DNA of 64,000 nt from Okamejei kenojei (Eukaryota), in assembly GCA_035221665.1 (NCBI GenBank), contig CM069141.1:40858001-40922000 (forward strand), given 5' to 3'. The position numbers were made by a program, and so were the translations under genes. The notes under the pieces are model-generated. The model saw only the letters and a list, made by a program, of their open reading frames with translations, ran no database searches and was not told where the DNA came from. Shown here piece after piece: positions 1 to 12,264 of the stretch (position 1 is its first letter; every line of letters begins with the position of its first letter).

Positions 1-42
1 GTGAGCTGGCAGTTGACTCATGGCTATTCCTTGAAATTCAAT

Positions 43-343
43 TTCAAGCAGGGTGCAACGCCACCGAATTCAAGTGCAGTTTCCAACCACTTCAAGCAGG
101 GTGCAAGGCCACCAAATTCAAGTGCAGTTTCATACCACTTCAAGCAGGGTGCAAGTCCAAATAATTCAAGTGCTGTTTCATACCACTTCAAGCAGGGTGC
201 AAGGCCACCAAATTTAAGTGCAGTTTCATACCACTTCAAGCTGGATCTAAGGCTACCAAATTCAAGTGCAGTTTCATACCACTTCAAGCAGGGTGCAAGG
301 CCACCAAATTTAAGTGCAGTTTCATACCATTTCAAGCAGGGTG
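43..343. repeat. 48-bp minisatellite, ~6.3 copies
   Basis: Unit TTCAAGCAGGGTGCAAGGCCACCAAATTCAAGTGCAGTTTCATACCAC starts at 43, 91, 139, 187, 235, 283, 331; it explains the repetitive ORFs 1..366 and 24..398. Confidence 0.95.
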
Positions 344-616
344 AAACCACCATAAATCCACCATAAAACAACACAAAACACCAAACTCCACTTCCCACTG
401 GAAAAGATGGGAAACACCACTTCCCACTGGAAAAGATGTGGCCTTCATGACAGAAGAGAGATTCTCAACATTTTTTAAACACTAATAACACTTTTATTTT
501 TCATTGATGGGAAGAATCCTCTGTACCTGCTGAGCGGAGGGGGACTGACCAAAAATCACAGCCGTAAGTGGTAGCGTTTTATCTAAAATCAATATTCAGT
601 GCAAACAGGAAGTTAC

Positions 617-1045
617 CCAAAGCACCCAAGCCACCATTTGCAGTAGTGCCTTTTCACTTCAAGCCAAAGCACCCAGGCCACCATTTGCAGTAGTGCCTTT
701 TCACTTCAAGCCAAAGCACCCAGGCCACCATTTGCAGTAGTGCCTTTTCACTTCAAGCCAAAGCACCCAGGCCACCATTTGCAGTAGTGCCTTTTCACTT
801 CAAGCCAAAGCACCCAGGCCACCATTTGCAATAGTGCCTTTTCACTTCAAGCCAAAGCACCCAGGCCACCATTTGCAGTAGTGCCTTTTCACTTCAAGCC
901 AAAGCACCCAGGCCACCATTTGCAGTAGTGCCTTTTCACTTCAAGCCAAAGCACCCAAGCCACCATTTGCAGTAGTGCTTTTTCACTTCAAACCAAAGCA
1001 CCACAGCCACCATTTCCAGACAGTGCCTTTTTACTTCAAACCAAC
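617..1045. repeat. 47-bp minisatellite, ~9 copies
   Basis: Unit CCAAAGCACCCAGGCCACCATTTGCAGTAGTGCCTTTTCACTTCAAG at 617, 664, 711, 758, 805 and onward. Confidence 0.95.
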
Positions 1046-1817
1046 CATATTTTCATTTTCAAACCACATTAAGGGCACTCACAGTTTAGTAGACATGTGT
1101 TCAGTGCTATACAGAGAGACATGACTCTCTGGCTTCCTCCATCTTGCAGAGACTGAGTGAGGCACACCACTTCCTGGTTTTATAGTCCCTCCCCCTACCT
1201 CCAGCAGGGGTCGCAGAGACAATGGTGATTTTTTAAAAAACATTAATATTTCTCTGATTTTTTCATCGATGGGAAAAATCCTCTGGTCCAGGAAGGCGGA
1301 GGGGGGCTCTGAGTGAGCTGGCCAAAAATGACGGCCATAGGTGGCAGCGTTCTCTCGGACATCACAGCTCAGCGAGCCAAAATCGATCAAGATCAGACTT
1401 TTAGTAATATATAGATATATTATATATATATAATGGTGTGCTATTTGCAATGAAACTTAGATTTGTTCTGCTCCCATGTCCTCACTCCTAGTTGATACGA
1501 AGCGTTTGAGAAGTCCTAATATAGAATCTTTGCCAAGTTGTTTTAATGCACCTTGTGGATGGTATATTTCCAGAAACAGTGTGGCAGCGATGGAAATAGT
1601 TATAATGGCTATATGGTAAAACTGGAATACCTTGGTATTTAATATTTCAAGTTGCACTCGACAAAATGACAATTTAGAGAATAAGAAAGAAGCAACAAAA
1701 TACATTTATTTAACATACATTTAACATATATTCTATGGATTCAGCAAAAGTGCAAAGGTCAAGATGTCCAGAGAAAATCCTGGTCAGCCTGGTTCTATCA
1801 TGAGAATAACAGAGTTA

Positions 1818-2042
1818 AGGACCTGTCCCACTTTCACAACCTAATTCACGACCTCTGCTGACTCTTGACTCATACTCGCAGCATGGGCGTCACGAGGTCG
1901 TAGGTATGTCGTGATTAGGTCGTGATGCTAGTTGTAGGCACTCGTGGCATCAAGTAGGTCGGGCCGTTTTTTTTCAACAGTAATAAAAATGTCCACGAGT
2001 AAAAAAGGTTGTGAATTAGGTCGTGAAAGTGGGACAGGCCTT
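1818..2042. mobile_element. PIF/Harbinger-type MITE
   Basis: TIR AGGACCTGTCCCACTTTCACAACCTAATTCAC / GTGAATTAGGTCGTGAAAGTGGGACAGGCCTT, with TTA duplicated at 1815-1817 and 2043-2045. Confidence 0.8.
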
Positions 2043-2326
2043 TTAATGTTTCTGGTTATGACAATTCATTAATCTATCATAGATCAATATATCTGCTTCT
2101 CGCTCATATCCTGCTGTGCATTTCCAGTATTTTCTGCTTTTTAAAAAAAAATCTGATTTCCAGCATCTGCAGCATTTTGCCTTTTAATCACTGCAGTGTT
2201 TCATCCTTGTGTTACTAATATTTGCTTCATTAGTGGAGTTTTGTAAAAAAAAATATGATGGGAAAACGATATGCTTTCTGTGAAATTTCTACAGAAGAAT
2301 TAGGTAAAGTCGGCATGCTCTCCTTT

Positions 2327-2541
2327 TGTTCTGAATTATTCTTTGAGCATGGCATAAAGTCTAGTAAAGGATAGGAAGAGGGAGAGGAAGAGGGAATGGA
2401 AGAGAGAGAGAAAAAAAAAAGTAGGGTGCCTCCTTGCTAATGTTTTCCCCTATTGCAGGTTCGAGGAAGACTGCACCACTGTGACAAACCTAGGTTTGTC
2501 ACAGTGAACTGCAGGGAGAAACCTGAGATCACTACGCCTCC
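2327..2541 (+). repeat. Left copy of long direct repeat flanking the HERO-like element
   Basis: 2327-2492 is nearly identical to 6266-6429; ~2504-2541 matches ~6668-6705. Confidence 0.9.
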
Positions 2542-2562
2542 TCACTAATAACCTCTGTCACC

Positions 2563-5500
2563 TTGTTAGGGCACAAGAGCCACCCTCACTTGGCTACAAA
2601 AGGTTCAAACAGAAAAATACCCCCAGAGTCTGCAAGAGCGGGGGCGCAAGATGACTCATCGACTGACCACCTGGAAACAAACCTTGGAACGGACACGACA
2701 TTGAATCAAGTAAGTGGCAAAACTCTTGAAAAGCGAGCAGCTGGACACGTTCTTCAGACCTGTAGGTGTGGCTGGACTAAACTAACATCAACTCGTGGTC
2801 TCAAAATTCATCAGGGTCGAAAAAAATGCTTGAAAATCCCCAACCCAGGGCCCCCCATTGACCAGATTCTGTTAAGAGGACGGTCAAATCAGTCAGATGA
2901 AACTCAGCGGCAGGAAGAAATCCACAGTCCGCAGAGCATCAGCAGCCTACGGGATGTGGCAGAAGCTTCAGGCAACAGTCCAAGACACAACCAGGCACAT
3001 CGTAAAGTGGAGAACATGCAAGGACATAAGCCATTGGTGAAATGGCCAAAGTCTACCAGCAAGGAGTGGGAAATCATCAATGCAGATGTGAGCATAAGCT
3101 TAAGTGGAATCAAGGGATCAGCAGAAAAGAACTTGGAGAAGATGGGTGATCTAGTCTACAGCTATGGAAATGAGAAATTTGGTGAAAAGGAACAACTTAG
3201 CAGGAAAGATAGGCTTCCTCCCCCCAAGTCCCGTCGTCTCCAGGAAATCCAACGACTTGTTAAGGAAAGAAGAAGCCTGAGGAAGGTGTGGAAAAAAGCA
3301 ACAGCAGAAGAAAGGGAGGGCATCAATCTCCTTCAAAAGGACCTAAAACAGAGGCTCTCAAAGCTGCGCAGAGCGGAGAATTTAAGGAAACATCGCAAAA
3401 AGAAGGAAAAAGCAAGACTTCTACAAAGATCCCTTTAAGTTTGTAAAAGGCATTTTCACAAAAGAAAAAAGCCGATCCCTGAAAGCGTCAAAAAAGAAGG
3501 TTGAAGGACACATCAGAACCATCCACACTGATGAGTTAAAAGATGAACCAATTTTTGTCCCCGCTGACATCCCACCAATCTCACCCCCCAACATCAATTT
3601 AACATCAGCCCTCCCAAGCTGAGTGAGGTAAAAGAAGTAGTGAGGAAGGCAAGAATGGCCTCTGCACCAGGCCCTAATGGTGTTCCGTATTGTGTCTACA
3701 AGAATGCCCCAGACAGTCTGAAATTCCTCTGGAGGAACATGAGGGTTGCGTGGGAAAAGGAAGTTATCCCCAAAGCCTGGTGAAGAGCAGGGGGAGTCCT
3801 GATCCCAAAAGAAAACAATTCTTCCACCATCGAACAGTTTCGGCAAATAAACCTTCTTAACATAGAGGGCAAGATCTTTTTCAGTGTGGTGGCAAAAAGA
3901 CTTACAAAGTATCTGAAACAAAACCATTTCATTGATACGTCAATCCAAAAGGCTGGCATAGAAGGCTTCTCGGGATGCCTTGAACATACCAGCGTCATAT
4001 GGCAACAAATCTAGACTGCTAAGAAAGAACGAAAGAATCTGCATGTCTTGTTCCTCGATCTGGCCAATGCCTATGGATCAGTTACTCATTCGCTACTGTG
4101 AACTGCTTTTGAATTCTTTCAGGAGCCGGCAATAATAACAAATCTGATAAAAACTACTTCCAGGATCTGCAATTTTGTCTCACAACATCAGACTTTACCA
4201 CAACGTGGCAACCACTGGAAGTAGGCATCATGGCAGGGTGCACCATCTCCCCATTGACCTTTACTATGGCAATGGAGCTCATTATCAGAGCATCAAAATG
4301 GGTTGTGGGAGGAAAGCGGTTACAGTGTGGTCAGCGATTGCCAATGGTACGAGCCTATATGGACGATATAACAACACTAACAACAACTATCCCCTGCATC
4401 AAGAGACTTCTGGAAAAATGTCATCAAAACATCACATGGGCAAGGATGAAGATTAATCCCAGCAAGTGCAGAAGCATCTCCATTGTCAAAGGTCAAGTCA
4501 AGGATCAAAGATTTCATATTAATGGAATACCTGTTCCAACTGTTTCAGAAATGAAGAGTTTGGGCCGATGGTATGATGCAAAGCTCAAGGACACCAAGCA
4601 ATTTGAACAACTGAAAAAGGATATAGCACATCATGCACATAGCTCGCATCAACAAGATCTTGCTACCAGGAAAACTCAAGCTGTGGTGCTTCCAATTTGG
4701 CATACTACCAAGAATCATGTGGCCTTTAACTATGTATGAAATCCCCATCAACAAAGTGGAAAAGCTGGAAAGAATGATCAGCACACATGTGAAACAGTGG
4801 CTTGGACTTCCACGATGCTTAAGTGCTGTCGGACTGTATGGGAGTGGCAAATTGGAATTACCCATTACAGGACTTGTGGAAGAGTTCAAATGCACTAAAG
4901 CAAGGTTGGTCATGACCCTCATTGAATCAGAAGATACTGTTATTCAAACAGCGGCCCCCCATGTGGCAACGGGGAGGAAGTGGATCCAATCTGAAGCTGT
5001 TCAGAGTGCGAAGTCTACTCTTCATTTCCAGGATATGGTTGGCCAAGTCCAACACGGGAGAGCCGGGCTTGGGCTCGTCCCAAAAGCTCCTCAATGGCAC
5101 AAGGCAACATCAGTGCAGAAAAGACGGCTCGTGGTGGAGGAGGTGAGAAGACGGGAGGAGGCAGAGCGACACGCCAAGGCCGTCTCAATGGCCAAGGAAA
5201 GCCAATGGACTAACTGGGAGAGTCTGGAAAAGAGGAAACTCAGCTGACGTGAAATCTGGCAAATGGAAGGATCTCAACTAAGTTTTGTCATCAGAGCCAC
5301 TTATGATGTTCTTCCATCACCGCAGAACCTGAAGCAGTGGTTCGGAGAAGACCCCACTTGCTCCCTTTGCTAAGCACCTGGATCACTAAGGCACATTTTA
5401 ACAGGATGCACTATGAGCCTCGGCCAAGGGCGTTACACTTGGCGGCATAACCAAGTTCTCAGACAGCTGTCATCAATCCTTGAACAGAGGCGAACGATCA

Positions 5501-6029
5501 CAAATGCTTCCCCACCAACATCGGCAGGAAATGTCCACTTCACAACATTTGTCCAGCAGGCCAACCTCCAGAGCACCAGATAACATCAATGGATGCAAGC
5601 ATTCTGCAGCCTGCTCAGGATTGGGAAATTGAAGTGGACTTAGAAAAAAGCTTGTGTTTCCCCCAGACATTGTGGTTACAACACTCCAGCCAGACTTGGT
5701 CCTGTGGTCCACAACAGCCAAGTTGGCATATGTTGTGTAATTGACAGTTCCATGGGAAGATGGTGTTGAAGAAGCTTATGAGAGGAAAAAGACCAAGTAC
5801 TCTGAACTGGCAACTGAAGCTTCCCAGAATGGCTGGAAGACCAAGATTTTCCCTGTCGAAGTGGGATGCAGGGGATTTGTTGCTTCATCTATGACCAGGC
5901 TATTAAAGAAAATGGGGGTGAGGGGTCGCTGCCTGCAACAAGCAATCAAATCATTATCAAATTCTGCGGAAAAAAAGCAGCAATTGGATCTGGATCAAAA
6001 GGAGAGACAACAATTGGGCTGCAAGATGA
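2563..6029 (+). pseudogene. Disrupted RT/RLE polyprotein of the HERO-like element
   Basis: ORF fragments 2563-3438, 4230-4739, 4633-5247 and 5741-6148 are collinear parts of one protein broken by frameshifts and in-frame stops (e.g. TGA at 3781, TAG at ~4012). Confidence 0.85.
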
Positions 6030-6037
6030 ATACAGGA

Positions 6038-6167
6038 GGGTATGGAATTGAGGGGGGTGTAACTGGGACACCAGGTATCACCGTTGAGCCCTCTGGAGAT
6101 GTTGTGGGCTTATCAATGAAACATCAAAGAAGGAGGGTGCCCACCTGATGACCCCGATGACATACCT
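6038..6167 (+). ncRNA. Candidate double-pseudoknot hammerhead-core RNA with k-turn (copy 1)
   Basis: GUU 6101-6103, GAAA 6118-6121, CUGAUGA 6145-6151; six helices with the same junction geometry as the copy at 61056-61189. Confidence 0.65.
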
Positions 6168-6265
6168 ACCCTACCTTTCACCACTCCAATCCCACTGCAA
6201 ATAGCAAGAGTGCCGACTTATTACAGGGATTGAAACATCAAGTCCTATTAGCTCTACTAATCTAC

Positions 6266-6705
6266 TGTTCTGAATTATTCTTTGAGCATGGCATAAAGTC
6301 TAGTAAAGGATAGGAAGAGGGAGAGGAAGAGGGAATGGAAGAGCGAGAGAAAAAAAAATAGGGTGCTTCCTTGCTAATGTTTTCCCCTATTGCAGGTTCG
6401 AGGAAGACTGCACCACTGTGACAAACCTAAGACCACCAGCAAGACTGCACTGCTGAGAAGCCCTCGGCAGCCAGTGCTGCTACTAAGGCCAAGACTGAGA
6501 TGCCAGTGCCTCTACCTGCCCACAAGCAATGAGGGACTGCACCCACACACAGAGACAAAGACAGAGATGCCAGATAACCTAGAGACCACCATGCCGCCTC
6601 TTCAGACCCCAAAGCTGAGATGCCAGGATCAACTTGACACCACCAGTGCTTCTTCTTGAGGCAATGGTGAACTGCAGGGAGAAACCCGAGATCACTACGC
6701 CTCCT
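6266..6705 (+). repeat. Right copy of the long direct repeat
   Basis: Matches 2327-2492 and ~2504-2541, with ~240 extra bp in between. Confidence 0.85.
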
Positions 6706-7409
6706 CCTTCGAGATCAGGACTGAGCTGCAGGGACAATCCCAAGATCGCCAGCACTACCGCACATGGGCTCTGATGGTGAGAGTCAGTGCCCTCATGCAG
6801 TCTTGAACTTTCATACCAGTGTAGATAAAATATATTCATGAGTTCACCCTACTGTGAGTATATGTGTGATCACTGCTGAATTCAGCATCATCCCTGACGT
6901 CACACACCACAAAAAGCAAATCATACACAGATTATACATATACAATTCCAAAGGAAATAGCCTACAAAATAAATAAGACATTAGTGCAAAAAAATATATA
7001 TTTTTACATCCATAGTGGTGCATGAGATGGACCATAGTGTTCAGTTGTCGAGGTAGGAATAGGGTTACATAGGTTGGTCCAAGGACTTGATTTTTGCAGG
7101 AAAGTAGTTGTACTTGAACCTGTTTGCGTGGGGCTTTTGTACATCTTGCCCAATGGTAGCAGTAAAAAGAGGGCATTGTCCACCCAGTTGGTTGTGATCA
7201 TTGATAACAAATTCTACCTTCTTTTGGCAGTGCCTCATGTAGATTATTTAGATGGAGGGGAGGGCTGCTCCTATGATGTATTGGGTAGAGTCCACAATTC
7301 TCGGCAACCTCTAGACATTGGAGTTGCCATACCTGGACATGATGTAACCAGTCAGCACCTTCTACAACCGTACAACTATAAATTGGATTTGTATATGTGA
7401 TTATCTAAC

Positions 7410-10400
7410 CTTCGGAGTCACGTGAGTGACTACGTGAAGAACCCGCCTGGCGCTGGCAAACGGCATTACGTCGACGCTGACGGCAGAAGCAGGAGCTGCA
7501 CAGACAGCTCCTCGACAGCGGTAGGTTCGGACCGGCAGGTAAGTGCTGTGAAAAAATATTAGGACGGGGGAAAAACTCCCGTGCCTGGTGGAAACCAGGG
7601 TTTTAAAGGTTTAAATAACAAAATAAAGTTTAAACTGAATTGAAATACTCTGTTTAAACAACGGAGTTTTGAATAGAACGTCCCGGGAAAGAACACCCAG
7701 TGATCGGGACGAGAGATTAATTACGGGGCCGGTTCCGATACTGGTACCGTTTAAAATACGGTAGAAAGATTTAAATGCTCCACAATTTTTGGCAGGATAT
7801 TTTAAAAAGTCAGAAAGACTGTATTTTAAAAAAGTTAATAAAATTTCGCGATATGGAGAAAGTACTCCATAAATATAAAAAGAGACTAGGGTCACAGTAC
7901 CCAAACAGTTCCCCAAAAAAGACCCTGAGGGGCTTGAATGTACTAAAGACCAGGGTCACAGTACCCAAACAGTTCCCCAAAAAAGACCCTGAGGGCTTGA
8001 ATATACAAAATATGGCTATGTGCCAAATTGAGAAATAAAAACTTGACCCTGGATAGGGTGGAGGAAGTCTCTTTGGATATAATTCCAAGTGGATCAGGGC
8101 TGCAAAAGACAGACCCTGCAAGTGGTGATGTGAATTATGAATGCACACCACAAATAAAATAAAAATAAAAGTGAGGCCAGGTGTGCCTGAGATAGCAAAA
8201 GATTTTGCTATATCTAAAGGAAGTGGTGAGGCTATGGAAAAAAAAACCTAGCTGCCTACATTAATTATATGGTATCTCACCAACTTCAAGAATACGATAA
8301 AACTTTATGTTTTATTTAAATATCAATGGTTAATCCATTTATAAATATCCATGTCTCAAATATGTGAGATTTAAGAAATACAATTTCAAAGTTTCAAAAT
8401 GGTGCAAATATGTAATACTTTCAATATAAAATAAATTGCCATTAGTTGTGGAGCTTAATAGGAAGAAATATATATAATTTACCCGAATCTGCATCATAGG
8501 GTTGCAGATTAATACAAATCAGGATATATTAAACTCCTGATTATTATAGAATACCTGCCTTATGATAAATCAAAGATATTAATTACAAAAGAACAGACCA
8601 CTGATCTTTAAACTTTGGGAAGGAAAACTATGATCCAATAAAAATTTTGATTATGGATCAAAACAAAGACAAAGATCTTTTATCTTACGGTGAAAAAAAA
8701 CTATGATCCAATGAAAAAATTTAATGATGGATCAAAATAAAGGCAGAAGTGGTATTATCCAAACATAGCCTTATCTTAACCTATATAATTGGGGAAAAGA
8801 AGGCTTGATGTACGTTGAAGAGGTGCAAACATCTGGTTACAAAATAAGTCATGAAATCTCCAATTATGGGGATTACAGGTGTATTATGATGGTTTAAAAC
8901 TTAATATAACTAAGGAGGATTGGTTCACCTGTATAAGGGAAAAACTGATTTCAGGTTTGCACTCAAAAGTAAATTTTAAAAAGAAGGGGAACGTACATGT
9001 ATATTATAAAATTACCTTAGTGTAAAGATTCATGGTATAAACCATACAATAATATCATTATTTACACTTTCACAGTGTAAGAAAATAGAAACATCTAGAA
9101 CATGGAAAACTGTTGTGATTAACAAAGTGTTAATCAAATATTACAGGTGCTTGAAATTAATTAAAGTGGGTCAAGCTGTGCAAGTTAAAACTTGTCCAAA
9201 CAATCAATCAGTTCAAGTTTGTTAAACTGAACACTGAAGGAACAATATACTGATAAAAGATCAGCACTTGCACTAATGAGGTACATGGTATGGGTTATCT
9301 CGATTACATTTAAATTAGAAGAGAATAAAGAGCAGCTGCAAATTAGTGCCTGCCATTACAAACCTGGTGGTAGGTAGGACTTGACCCATTACATAAAGCA
9401 TATGCTCAGGCATTTAATAAAATATTTTTAAATTACTATTCTGAATTCAGAAGTAATTTAAGCACCATAAGAGTGGGGAAAATTGTTCCATGATACAAAT
9501 ATGTATAATTGTTGTTGACATACTTTGTTCCTCCATTAGGTTAGGGAAAATATAAATAAAGTTCTAAAAGAAGGAATACAGAAGTTTATAGAATATGTAT
9601 GCCTTAGGCTTATGCAAAATATCAAATGATACGTTTTATCATTATTAGTAAATGTAAAAAAGGTTCATAAGCTGCTTTAACTATAAAATTACAACTGAAG
9701 CAAGTGTTACAGATGATGTACAGATTCTGTGAATGTTTGGGTAAAGATAAGAATATTATCTATTCTTATAACAATAATTGATATGTTTTTTGTTAAGCGG
9801 ACTGCAGACAATTATACCAGGCAAACATAAATGGTTTGTCCTAAGAATTTTCCAAACATTCGTATTAATTGTTGAAGTATAAGGAGTTATGGATAAAAAA
9901 GATCGATTGTTTTATTATGGAACTGTCCATGTCATATCAAGATGAACAATACCACGGCTGTGGCATATGTTAACTATGGTCAAATTTGGGAGGAAAATAT
10001 ATTGTCATTATTTTGCATACTTACGATTAATCTGGTTGTATACAGATTAAATCACTGATTTTAAATATTTCTTGTGGGTCACAAGATAAGTCAAACAACA
10101 ATTATGGAATTATCTAAGAAACAGATGTGGTATGTTTTAAAGTTTAGTCCACCTGTTTATCTCTAAGGAAGAGACGATGGTATCGGAAGATAACAAATTT
10201 GGGAAGAAAAATATATTGTCATTAATATGGATTACTTACGATTAATCTGATTGCATACAGATTAAATCACCAATCTTTCGAATATTCTTGTGGGTAATCT
10301 AAGAACAGTGAAGGTGGATGCTTTTCTCCCAATTACATGAGGAAAAAATTCTTTGTGTTCCTCATTTTTGTTTTAACAGGGCAGTGTCTGATGAATATGT

Positions 10401-12264
10401 AGCAGGACACTGCCAGAGGCATTTTGGTGGCCCAATATGGGTCCTTTATGGTTCATTTATATTGTGTGATTTTGAACTGCTAGTGATGATTCATAATGGC
10501 AGCATTTTATTGAAGTCAAAAAAGGGGTCTCGACCTAGGTCGTTGCCTGTCTCCCTTTGTTTCTTTGGATGCTGCTGCACCCACTGGGATCTCCAGGTTG
10601 AGAAACCCTGCAGTAATTTATTGTTGTACAAAAACCTCCATAAGTGAAAATATGAATTTGACTATCTACAGGTTGACTAGACCATCTCAACAGCTGATGG
10701 TCAAAGAAGTCTATGAATGTAAACCAATATTACGATATATCAATAAAATAATTATGTATAAAGAAGTGTTATACCTGCAATTTGCGGCAATAAGTCTAAA
10801 TAACTATATTTTGTTATAAGAAATAGGAGGTCTGTATATACAGTAAAGTTATTTTGTCATTTAGATATATGTGAATTCCTTGTGGATTGCATTTTCTAAG
10901 TATCTAATTGATAGAGCCAATTATAGGGCTCAGAGTGTTACCGTCTTATAAACGGACAATATATTAACCAAGAAGTTATCAGATGCATTCATAATATCCC
11001 AATATGGAAAGGGATATATATGTAAATGTTAATAAAATATATATATGTGTGTGTATATATATATATTATATATATAGATATAGATATAGATATAGATATG
11101 TGTATATGTATATATAATCTGTCCAAAATTGTAAAAAATATAAAGGCAGGAGATAAAAAATCTTGAAATGCCTTAAGAAATGGACTTTAACTCTATCTAT
11201 GATTCAAAAAACTTAAACATTGAAAATAATAATTCTGATAACTTTAGTATCAATATAAGTGCAAACATTGCAAATGTTACGTTATAATGGCATGTGGATA
11301 CAAATTGCATTATCATATATGTTTATGAATCTACCAAACAAAGCACGCCAAGAAGACCTGAAAACGAAACCAAGGTAAACCTATAAGCACATCCTGCTGG
11401 CTTTAAGTTGTGTGTGTGTGTATGTGTGAACATTGATGAAAATGTTGCAGTAGGTAAGAGTCTGTGGCAATGAGACTGCTTATTACACACAAAAACCACA
11501 TTGGGTTCAGTAAAACTGATGGTTATAGAGGAATGTATTTCTAGATGGTTAATAATTGGATACATTCAGTAGGAACTAGACACTGAAAGGTGGAAAAATC
11601 ACTCTGTTAATGAGGAAAATACATTCACAAGAATGGCACAGGGTGAGCCACTCGAGCAAAGATGCAAGGCCGCAGGAGGCTGTAGATTACTGTTAAAATA
11701 AAGGAACCAGTCATGGTGTCAGATTTAGACACGCAATGTTCGGTTCGCTATAATTGTTGCTTTGTCATGCCATAAAAAATATATATCAATTGGTATTTGT
11801 GATAAATTTGCTTTTCAATAGAAAGGGCATTATTTTCATTTTTTATAATGTGAAAATTATTTATCACATAACTTGAGGCAAATGTTTGGGGAAAATGTGT
11901 TATTCACTCGTTATTGTGTTAATGAGCCGTACTGTCGTATGGAATAAATTCTATGACACGAAAAACACAGAAAGCTTTAAACTCTTCACGTAGTCACTCA
12001 CGTGACTCCGAAGTAAAAATAGTAAGATTAAACGAGAACATACCAGTTCGAAGTTTGATCGTTATTTTATGAGGAGTTACGATGAGGGATTACGTGCCCT
12101 CCACTCCCCACCCTCATAAAATAAATGATCATCTGGTAGTTCTAAGTCTATTATGAGCCTTACTATGTTACTTCGGCTATTTTGTGTTCTGTGTTTTTCA
12201 TGCCGCTGCTTTGAAGTATGCCGTTTGCCTTCGAACTGGTAAGTTCTCGTTTAATCTTACTATT
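7410..12264 (+). mobile_element. Decayed/non-autonomous DIRS-type tyrosine-recombinase retrotransposon
   Basis: ICR 11983-12053 is complementary to the left end (7410-7440) and the right end (12229-12264). Residual DIRS RNase H motif NNTTAVAYVN at ~9945-9975 and YR-like HSVG remnant at ~11563. Interior is very AT-rich with no long ORF. Confidence 0.8.
11030..11118. repeat. (TA)n/(TAGATA)n/(TG)n compound microsatellite
   Basis: Directly visible. Confidence 0.9.

Larger units (their letters stand above)
1..1415 (-). mobile_element. Non-autonomous Helitron-like element (5' part; continues beyond window start) carrying two minisatellites
   Basis: Minus strand starts A|TCTATATATTACTAAAAGTCT at 1415, a Helitron-type 5' TC end. 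Modules 440-612 and 1078-1400 match the terminal module of the element at 35380-35741, which has a Helitron 3' hairpin end. Confidence 0.65.
2542..6265 (+). mobile_element. Near full-length, inactivated HERO-like non-LTR retrotransposon (single ORF: zinc finger, RT, CCHC knuckle, restriction-like endonuclease)
   Basis: N-terminal CRCGW...GLKIHQGRKKC zinc finger; RT motifs (SAPGPNG, FLDLANAYGSV, MAGCTISP, AYMDD); CSLC..HILTGC knuckle; PDLVLWS..LTVPWE..AYERK.TKY RLE domain. Several stops and frameshifts; ORF ends at ~6029. Confidence 0.88.

Noticed and set aside
43-1045. Regular repeats resembling a CRISPR array or a repeat protein ORF
   Set aside because: Units are head-to-tail with no unique spacers, there are no cas genes, and the context is a eukaryotic Helitron; the ORFs are by-products of a 48-bp unit.
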